Assembly: GCA_965219455.1 (NCBI GenBank)
Contig: OZ244744.1
Coordinates: forward strand, 1,440,001 to 1,504,000
DNA: 64,000 nucleotides
From: Candidatus Latescibacterota bacterium
Lineage (GTDB): Bacteria; Latescibacterota; UBA2968; GCA-2709665
Direction of reading: 5' to 3'
The translations under genes were made by a program, and so were the position numbers. Of this stretch, positions 57,007 through 64,000 are shown piece by piece. The notes below the pieces were generated by a model. It was not told the origin of the DNA. It saw nothing but the letters and a program-made list of their open reading frames with translations, and made no database searches. Numbering within the stretch: position 1 is the first letter of the stretch; every line of letters starts with the position of its first letter.

Positions 57007-60000
57007 ATGACCTGCCGCCATATCCAATCCCCGTTACGCACGCTGTCCCTTCTGCTACTGTCGATCGCCCTGATGTACCGCCCGGCGAGTGCGCAATCCC
57101 AGGCGACCACGGGTGTGATCCGGGGCTTTGTATGCGATCAGTTCAACAATCCCGTTGGAGGCGCCACCGTCATTCTCAGGGAGGCCGGTACCAATTACCG
57201 AAGAATCCTTGCGTCGTCCGAACTGGGTCTTTTCACCGCAACCCTGTTGCCTCTCGGTTTCTACGATGTGACGGTACGGGCGGAGGGATGGTCCGAAGCC
57301 CGTCAGACCGGGGTGCAGGTCCGGGTTGGCGAGACGGTCGAACTGATCATCAAGATGATTATTGAAATGGAGGAGTTCGTCGTTGTGGCCAGAAGGCCCG
57401 CCGTCGACGTGACCCGGACCGAGACGGCCACCCGCCTGCCCGAGGACGCGGTACAGGATCTGCCCAACAACGGGCGCAATTTTCTGAACCTTACGCTCCT
57501 GACTCCCGGCGTGAGCATCGTGCAGGGACCGGACGGAGACGAATTGACCATTGCCGGACAGCGCGGCATCCACAACAATATCTCGGTAGACGGCGCCGAT
57601 TTCAACAACCCGTTCTTCGGCGAGCAACGCGGGGGTCAGCGCCCGGCCTTTACCTTCAATCTGGACGCCGTCGCGGAAATCGTTGTGGTTCCCCAGGGAG
57701 CCAACGCGGAATTCGGGCGCTCCAGCGGCGGATTCGTCAACGTCATCACCAAGTCGGGCACCAACACACTGAGCGGATCGGCGCATTTCTTCGGCAAGCA
57801 CGATGCCCTGTCCGAAATCGCGAGGCACAGTGACACGGAACGCAGGCCCAGCTTCAGACAGGGTCAGTTCGGGTTCACGTTCGGCGGCCCGCTGATCCGG
57901 GACAAGGCATTCTTCTTCGCGGCGTACGACCAGCAGGTGCTGAGAGACACCCGGCAAAGCGACATCGAGCGGATGGACGACCGCTTGCGACGCTTTATGG
58001 ACACCGGGTTCAACGGGGCGTTGAGGGAAGACTACGGCCCCATCGACCGCACCAACGACGCCCGTGCGTTTCTGGCCAAGGCTGATCTTCACCTCTCGAA
58101 GAACCACTCCGCCACCTTCAAGTACAACTACACGTGGTCCGAGCAGGAAAACGGCACCTTCGACGTGGACTCATGGGGGCGAAGCGCCAATGCGATTGAA
58201 AGAGACTGGTCGCACGCCTTCAACGGCAGCCTGGTATCGCTTCTATCCCCCAACACCATCAATGAATTCCGATTCCAGGTCTCCCGCGAGGACCGGCCGC
58301 GCCGCTACGAGGGTCCGGGCAACCCCGATACCGGGCGCCCCTTCCCCGACACGGGCATGGACTATACACACGGCTATCGTTTCGGCATGCCATTCTTCAT
58401 ACCGGTGGAATACTACGACACCCGCGTCCAATTGCTCAACAATATCTCCCTGGCCAGGGGCGGCCACCTTTTCAAGGCCGGCGTCGAGTGGAACCGCGTC
58501 GAATCCGCGCAGACCTTTATCGGATTCGCCAACGGACGGTACATCTTCGACTCGGTGGACGGGTTTCTCAACTTTGTAGAAAAGGGCAACCGGTACGTCG
58601 AATGTTCCGACGGAAGTTTCAGCACTGACGGTGTATGCGCCGAGGGTGCGCGAATCACCGGACCGGTCCTGTTCTACCTGGAACAGGCCGGCGTGGGCGG
58701 GCTGACCGTGGAGGAATCGGGCACCCAGAAAATCCTCCAGCACGAATTGGCCCTGTTCGTGCAGGACAGTTGGCAGGTCTCCAACAGGTTGACGCTCAAC
58801 TACGGCTTGCGCTGGGAGGCGCAGATTCAGCCCGACCCCATCACCGATCCTTCCAGGGTCTTCTTCGCCGATTTCATCGGCAAGACCGTGACCAACGATG
58901 CGGGCGCCCACAGGTTCCCGTCCAACGGCAGAATCCCCTCCGACCCGGATATGTTCCAGCCGCGGATAGGCCTGGCCTACGACGCGTACGGCGACAACAA
59001 GACCCTCTTGCGCGCCAGCGCCGGGATCTACTACGCCCGCATACCCGGGTTGAACCTGGCCAGCACCCGCTCGACTAACGGCTCGCGCGGGCAATCCCTC
59101 TTCCGGTCCAGCGAGTTGACGCCGGTTTTGGGCCCGCCCCCGGCGTACGGCGAGCTGCTGCCCTCGCCCAAGGGCGACCCCTTCCGCCCCAACATCCATG
59201 TCTTCGATGAGAACTTCGAGAACCCGCGAACCCTCAGCCTGAACGCGGGTATCGAGCACGAGTTGCAAGCGTCGGGGCTTGTGGGCACGTTCGATTATAC
59301 CTACTCCCGTACCGAAAATCTCACGCGTTTCGTCAACCGAAACGACGCCGTGTTCGGTTCTCCATGGTCAACCGGCCTGGGTCCGGACGGCGACAACGGC
59401 GTGGGCAACCTGATCGTCACCGAAAGCACGGCGAGATCCCGCTACCACGGCCTCAGCCTGGGGCTTCGGCGTGTGGTGCGCGACGACCTGCAGTTCCAGA
59501 TCAACTACACGATGTCCTGGGACCGGTCCGATGACGACAACGAGCGCGACCCCTTCACCTTCCGCTACGTCGATCCCACCCGGCTGGATCGGGAATGGAG
59601 CTTTTCGGACCGCGACCAGCGCCACCGCTTCAACGCCTGGGCGCTGGCCGTACTGCCCGGCGACGTCTTGATGAACAATCGCGTGAGCTTCTATTCCCCG
59701 CAGCCGACCTCCGCCGCCTGCGGCGGCAACAACCGGGCGTCTACCCGGCCCACGACCAATCCCTGGGGGCCCACGTCCGACCGGATCTGCGCCGACGGCG
59801 CCATCGTCCAGCGCAACATCCTGCGCAAGGATCACGGGTTCTTCTCGTGGGACGTGCGCCTGACCCGACCCATTCCGATGGGAACGGGACGGCTGGAGGC
59901 CATTGTCGAGATCTTCAACCTGCTCAACACGGACAACTACCGAGACCCCTCCACCTCGGGCCTGCTGTTCAATTTCGACGGTACCGTCCAGTCCGGCCTC

Positions 60001-60045
60001 GGCGACCCGCGCGAAGTGCAGATCGGCATGCGGTACGTGTTTTGA
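57007..60045 (+). CDS. TonB-dependent receptor, Oar-like with N-terminal carboxypeptidase-regulatory-like domain
   Basis: Signal peptide; LPNNGRNFLNLTLLTPGV, AEFGRSSGGFVNVITKSGTN, GGPLIRDKAFFF, QDSWQV...LTLNYGLRWE, QPRIGLAYD; C-terminal Phe. Confidence 0.92.
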   Translation: MTCRHIQSPLRTLSLLLLSIALMYRPASAQSQATTGVIRGFVCDQFNNPVGGATVILREAGTNYRRILASSELGLFTATLLPLGFYDVTVRAEGWSEARQTGVQVRVGETVELIIKMIIEMEEFVVVARRPAVDVTRTETATRLPEDAVQDLPNNGRNFLNLTLLTPGVSIVQGPDGDELTIAGQRGIHNNISVDGADFNNPFFGEQRGGQRPAFTFNLDAVAEIVVVPQGANAEFGRSSGGFVNVITKSGTNTLSGSAHFFGKHDALSEIARHSDTERRPSFRQGQFGFTFGGPLIRDKAFFFAAYDQQVLRDTRQSDIERMDDRLRRFMDTGFNGALREDYGPIDRTNDARAFLAKADLHLSKNHSATFKYNYTWSEQENGTFDVDSWGRSANAIERDWSHAFNGSLVSLLSPNTINEFRFQVSREDRPRRYEGPGNPDTGRPFPDTGMDYTHGYRFGMPFFIPVEYYDTRVQLLNNISLARGGHLFKAGVEWNRVESAQTFIGFANGRYIFDSVDGFLNFVEKGNRYVECSDGSFSTDGVCAEGARITGPVLFYLEQAGVGGLTVEESGTQKILQHELALFVQDSWQVSNRLTLNYGLRWEAQIQPDPITDPSRVFFADFIGKTVTNDAGAHRFPSNGRIPSDPDMFQPRIGLAYDAYGDNKTLLRASAGIYYARIPGLNLASTRSTNGSRGQSLFRSSELTPVLGPPPAYGELLPSPKGDPFRPNIHVFDENFENPRTLSLNAGIEHELQASGLVGTFDYTYSRTENLTRFVNRNDAVFGSPWSTGLGPDGDNGVGNLIVTESTARSRYHGLSLGLRRVVRDDLQFQINYTMSWDRSDDDNERDPFTFRYVDPTRLDREWSFSDRDQRHRFNAWALAVLPGDVLMNNRVSFYSPQPTSAACGGNNRASTRPTTNPWGPTSDRICADGAIVQRNILRKDHGFFSWDVRLTRPIPMGTGRLEAIVEIFNLLNTDNYRDPSTSGLLFNFDGTVQSGLGDPREVQIGMRYVF

Positions 60046-60176
60046 GGGTGGAGAAAAGGTTTGAGGCGGGAAATCCGGTTTGAGAGAAAGGGAAATGTTC
60101 GACCTCGGCCAAACTTCCTGACTGCCGACACATCCATAGCCAGAGCCACTACTTCTGTTCCGTCACCAGGTAGGGT

Positions 60177-60205
60177 TTGACATCAATAACGCCATGCGTT
60201 ATTAT
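60177..60205 (+). promoter_or_regulatory. higBA promoter with embedded operator
   Basis: TTGACA-N17-TATTAT; palindrome AATAACGC-CAT-GCGTTATT (60185-60203) overlapping the spacer. Confidence 0.75.
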
Positions 60206-60218
60206 TCTTAATGCTAAA

Positions 60219-60500
60219 ATGATAGAATCGTTCCGCGACAGAGAGGCCGAAAAAGTTTTCCGTCGCAGGTGGTCGCGGAAATTCTCGGGGACGTTGGGGC
60301 GTCCAGCTCTGAAAAAGCTCCTTCTGTTGGACGCAGCTGTTTCGGTACAGGACTTGCGGTCGCCGCCAGGCAACAAAATGGAGAGACTCAAGGGTGATCG
60401 CCGCGGCCAATACAGTATTCGCATTAACGAGCAATAGCGAATTTGCTTCAATTGGAAGGCGGGGCGCGCAGTAAACGTAGAGATAGTTGATTACCATTAG
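60219..60500 (+). pseudogene. higB: HigB toxin interrupted by an in-frame TAG
   Basis: MIESFRDRE...LKGDRRGQYSIRINEQ*RICFNW...VEIVDYH*; TAG at 60435-60437 sits at the Trp of the SIRINxQWRICF motif. Confidence 0.85.
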
Positions 60501-60509
60501 GAGGTGTTT

Positions 60510-60815
60510 ATGCGTACCACCACGATGCCCCCGATTCACCCGGGAGAGATCCTGCTGGAGGAGTTCCTTAATCCCCTGGGTATCAGCCAATATCGTCTGG
60601 CGAAAGACATCTCAGTTCCTCCTCGCCGAATTAACGAGATTGTTCATGGCAAACGGGCTGTCACGGCGGACACCGCGCTTCGGCTGGCTCGTTACTTTGG
60701 AACAACAGACCAATTCTGGCTCAATCTCCAATCACGGTACGAACTGGAGTTGGAGAGAGACCGGCTCGGCGAGCGATTACAGGCTGAGGTGAGAGTCCGG
60801 GAGCGAGTTGAATAG
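60510..60815 (+). CDS. higA: HigA antitoxin
   Basis: PIHPGEILLEEFL.PLGISQYRLAK...RRINEIVHGKR...DTALRLARYFGT...FWLNLQ. Confidence 0.93.
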   Translation: MRTTTMPPIHPGEILLEEFLNPLGISQYRLAKDISVPPRRINEIVHGKRAVTADTALRLARYFGTTDQFWLNLQSRYELELERDRLGERLQAEVRVRERVE

Positions 60816-61077
60816 AATCTCAGCGGCAACAGACATGTCGGGCAGCCATAATGGATTTTAGTGAAGGCCCGATGCGCAGGAATGTATCTGGCAAGAGACA
60901 TCACAGCGTCCGATCCGGACAGCCGCATTCGCGGCACCACTCTCGTCGCCGTCGAAAAGCTGTCGCGCTAACCTGGCGTGAGGTTTCGCTGGACCGATAT
61001 CGAGCTTGGATTCAATGTCGACGGTGAACGGATATAATTCGCTGTGCGAATTGTTACAAAAACACTGGGAAACCTCT

Positions 61078-62178
61078 ATGACAACGCTGAAGAATGTCGA
61101 GATTAAGGGATTTCGGTCCATCAAAGAGATGAAATTGGAACTCAGACCGCTCAACGTCCTCATCGGCGCCAACGGAGTCGGCAAGAGCAATCTCATTGCC
61201 TTCTTCAAGCTGGTGAATGAATTGATGGGCGGACGCCTCCAGCAACACATCGGCGCGACCGGTCGGGCCACGGGAAATTTGCACTTCGGCCCGAGAGTGA
61301 CGCCTCAACTGGAAGCGAGAATGGTGTTTGAGGTGGCGAACGGAACGGACACCTACAATATGAGACTCTTCCACGCCGCCGGAGATTCCCTGATTTTTGC
61401 TGAAGAAACGCTTGCGTTCCATCAGCAAGGTTATCCCAGTCCGAAAACGGTACAACTGGGAGTCGGCCATCAGGAAACGAAAATTGGAGAAGTGGCAGAA
61501 ACAGGAGAGCCCACGGCGAAGACGCTGAGGGTTTTGCTGAATCGTTGTCGCGTCTATCATTTCCACGATACATCGCCGACTTCGAGAGTCCGGCAATATG
61601 GTTACATCGGAGACAACCGCTGGCTTAAGCCCGACGCGGGCAACCTGGCAGCTATACTTTGCGCGCTCAAGTCCAATAGTGAAACCGACTACCGGCGTAT
61701 TGTGACCGCCATCAGGCAGGTGGCGCCGTTCTTCGATGACTTCGATCTGGAGCCCGCCGATTCACGGGACGTCATTCTCAATTGGCGGCATCGCGAATCC
61801 GATCTTGTTTTCGGCCCTCATCAGCTTTCGGACGGTACATTGCGAGCTATCTGTCTGATTTCGCTACTGTTACAGCCTGTTGAGAAATTGCCGTCTCTGA
61901 TTGTGGTGGATGAACCGGAACTCGGACTGGACCCCTGTGCGGTTGATGTGATTGCCTCGCTGTTTCGTTCCGTAAGCCAGCACGCGCAGGTGCTCGTCAG
62001 CACGCAGTCCAGCGCATTCGTCGACAGCTTCGAGCCGGGCGATATCGTGGTCGTGGAACGAAACAAAGAAGCCACGGAGTTCGAGAGGCCCCAGGCCGAA
62101 GCGCTCGACTCATGGGTGGAGGAATACGCGCTCGGGGAAATCCGGGAAAAGAACACCGTCGGCGACGGGCCGGAATGA
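61078..62178 (+). CDS. ABC/AAA_21-type ATPase (COG4637-like)
   Basis: VLIGANGVGKSN, YHFHDTS, LSDGTLR, VVDEPELGL, STQS. Confidence 0.82.
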   Translation: MTTLKNVEIKGFRSIKEMKLELRPLNVLIGANGVGKSNLIAFFKLVNELMGGRLQQHIGATGRATGNLHFGPRVTPQLEARMVFEVANGTDTYNMRLFHAAGDSLIFAEETLAFHQQGYPSPKTVQLGVGHQETKIGEVAETGEPTAKTLRVLLNRCRVYHFHDTSPTSRVRQYGYIGDNRWLKPDAGNLAAILCALKSNSETDYRRIVTAIRQVAPFFDDFDLEPADSRDVILNWRHRESDLVFGPHQLSDGTLRAICLISLLLQPVEKLPSLIVVDEPELGLDPCAVDVIASLFRSVSQHAQVLVSTQSSAFVDSFEPGDIVVVERNKEATEFERPQAEALDSWVEEYALGEIREKNTVGDGPE

Positions 62179-62194
62179 GGGCTGGCAGTTCCTT

Positions 62195-62452
62195 GTGCCT
62201 GACGCCACGATGCTCCCGATTCATCCGGGAGGGTTACTGCTGCAGGAGCTTCTCAATCCCCTGGGTATCGGCCAATATCGTATGGCGAAAGAGGTCTCTA
62301 TTCCTCCTCGCCGAATTAACGAAATTGTTCCTGGCAAACGGGCCATTTCGGTGGACACTGCGCTTCGGCTGGCTCGTTACTTTGGAACAACGGACGATTT
62401 CATGCAGAAGATAAAATCCAAGTACAACCTTGATAAAAAGCCAACACAATAA
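62195..62452 (+). pseudogene. Degenerate second higA copy, 3' truncated
   Basis: PIHPGGLLLQELLNPLGIGQYRMAK...DTALRLARYFGTTD then unrelated AT-rich sequence; paralogous to 60510-60715. Confidence 0.78.
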
Positions 62453-62465
62453 TATACTTGTGTTG

Positions 62466-62903
62466 ATGCTGCCACAAATTAACCACACTACCGGTTATCT
62501 GCCGCCGGGCGTGCACAAAGCGCCATGGACGGAAGTTGCAGCCCGATTCGGCCTGATCGACCATCGTCGTCGGTTACTTGCGGGTTTATGTAATGCACTA
62601 ATAAACCTCGCTCTAGCCGGCTGTGGGGTTGTACTGCTCGACGGGAGCTTTGTTACCCTGAAGCCATTTCCCAATGATTATGACGTGGCATGGGAGCCGC
62701 ATGGTGTTGATCCCAATCTGGTCGACCCCGTCCCGTTCGATTTCGCCAATGACCGCGCAGCGATGAAGGCTAAGTTTGGAGGCGAGTTCTTCCCGGCGGT
62801 TTTCGACGCTGGAGGAGGGATTCTATACCGTGACTTCTTTCTAACGGATCGCAACGGCGTGCAGAAAGGGGTCGTTGAGATCGACCTTTGGAGCCTGCCA
62901 TGA
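62466..62903 (+). CDS. DUF6932-like minimal nucleotidyltransferase-fold protein
   Basis: GYLPPGVH, LDGSFVT.K..PNDYD (GS...DxD), DR.G..KG. Confidence 0.7.
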   Translation: MLPQINHTTGYLPPGVHKAPWTEVAARFGLIDHRRRLLAGLCNALINLALAGCGVVLLDGSFVTLKPFPNDYDVAWEPHGVDPNLVDPVPFDFANDRAAMKAKFGGEFFPAVFDAGGGILYRDFFLTDRNGVQKGVVEIDLWSLP

Positions 62904-64000
62904 TTGCAAATGAACGGCAGTATCGAATTACTCGATCGTGGGCCAGCCGGTTTCAGCAAGCGCTCGCTACATTCGATAGTGATTCACGCGACGGTGTTCA
63001 CCCAACTCTTATCAAGGCTGAGCGTGACGCACTTCTGAGTCAGCTAGAGAGTTTACATGCCGAAATTAAAGAATACGAACAATTAAAGTCGACTTCCATA
63101 TCGGTCATTTCAGTGTCATCATTCGACAAGTTAGCAGAGGGATTAATCAAAACGCGAATCGCCGCAGGGCTTAGCCAAAAGGAACTGGCGGAGAGACTGC
63201 GTCTAAAAGAACAGCAGATTCAGCGATACGAAGCGGATCGTTACAGGTCGGCTAGCTATCGGCGCTTGGTGGAAGTTGCGGACGCACTTGGTGTCCGCAT
63301 CCGCAACGAAATTCTTCTGCCAGTCGTGCCGACCAATTTACACGAACTGCTGAGTAAACTTAGCCAAGTCGGAATTGATCGAGACTTTCTCCTTACGCGT
63401 TTGCTGACGTCGGCCGACGCGGCACGAATTTCGGGAGATTCCCAAACCGAAGACGAAGAAGCTCTTTCCTTCACTATCGGAACAACCCTTAATCGTGTTT
63501 TCGGTTGGACAGCCGATAGTCTCTTCGGTGCTCATCCGCTAAGCCCTCCAACGATCGCAGCTGCTGAGGCTCGCTTCAAGCTGCCTGCACGACGTCGCCA
63601 ATCGACGACGACCATTTACGCCTCTTATGCTCGCTATCTAGCCCTGGTAGTCGTGAGTGGTTCGGAGAGCTTGCCCCGAGAAACCATTGCTTTGGATCCG
63701 CGTAAAATTCGTGACGACATTGTTGGACGATACGGCGACGTCACACTAGCAGCTACCCTTCGGTACGCCTGGGATCTCGGGATGCCAATTCTCCCATTGA
63801 GAGATCCGGGTTCATTCCACGGGGCCTGCTGGCGGTACTGGGGACGAAACGTCGTCGTCCTGAAGCAGACCTCCAGGCTCGAAGCCCGGTGGTTATTCGA
63901 CCTATTTCACGAAATATACCATGCGGGGCGGAAGCCAGAGACCGAGACGATGGAAGTCATTCTATCAGACCCTACAACTGCCGACAGACGGGGTTCAGAT
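62900..64000 (+). CDS. XRE-type HTH fused to ImmA/IrrE-like HExxH metalloprotease (runs off the window; absent from the ORF track)
   Basis: ATG overlaps upstream TGA; own translation gives MIANERQYRIT...LIKTRIAAGLSQKELAERLRLKEQQIQRYEA...FHGACWR...WLFDLFHEIYH; frame open to 64000. Confidence 0.82.
   Translation, partial: MIANERQYRITRSWASRFQQALATFDSDSRDGVHPTLIKAERDALLSQLESLHAEIKEYEQLKSTSISVISVSSFDKLAEGLIKTRIAAGLSQKELAERLRLKEQQIQRYEADRYRSASYRRLVEVADALGVRIRNEILLPVVPTNLHELLSKLSQVGIDRDFLLTRLLTSADAARISGDSQTEDEEALSFTIGTTLNRVFGWTADSLFGAHPLSPPTIAAAEARFKLPARRRQSTTTIYASYARYLALVVVSGSESLPRETIALDPRKIRDDIVGRYGDVTLAATLRYAWDLGMPILPLRDPGSFHGACWRYWGRNVVVLKQTSRLEARWLFDLFHEIYHAGRKPETETMEVILSDPTTADRRGSD

Noticed and set aside
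60435-60437. Pyrrolysine or alternative-code read-through in higB
   Set aside because: TAG terminates many ordinary genes in this window and no pyl genes are seen; a point mutation is simpler.

Overview
High-GC bacterial chromosomal window. Gene content (FN3/cadherin/Calx-beta surface proteins ending in a PNPFN-type FlgD-Ig/T9SS-CTD-like domain, TonB-dependent receptors, tandem PhyH dioxygenases, many TA modules) suggests an FCB-related diderm such as a Latescibacterota/Gemmatimonadota-like host-associated bacterium; this is inference only. 1-13.9 kb: tandem array of three giant modular secreted proteins sharing near-identical C-terminal sorting domains and spacers (and, for genes 2 and 3, leaders). 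14-23.6 kb: TonB receptor and housekeeping hydrolases. 24-41.5 kb: phosphate cluster with phoB and phoR (split by a serine hydrolase and a TA pair), a CHAD-ParA-ppk1 unit, a four-unit Pho box and pstSCAB-phoU. 41.7-47.1 kb: Nudix, coxD/coxE/xdhC-like genes and a sigma54-type pspA. 47.7-64 kb: accessory region rich in TA modules, with duplicated gene fragments (radical SAM 3' end, mazEF, higA) bracketing cargo genes, ending in a DUF6932-like nucleotidyltransferase paired with an XRE-HTH/HExxH metalloprotease. Best candidates for undescribed biology: (i) a ParA-CHAD polyphosphate-granule positioning system, (ii) iterative cargo accretion at the radical SAM gene 3' end, (iii) the module-shuffled surface-protein array, (iv) the NTase plus HTH-IrrE pair. 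No rRNA, tRNA, CRISPR array, integrase or transposase was recognised. All family assignments are from motif recognition by eye, not database searches.
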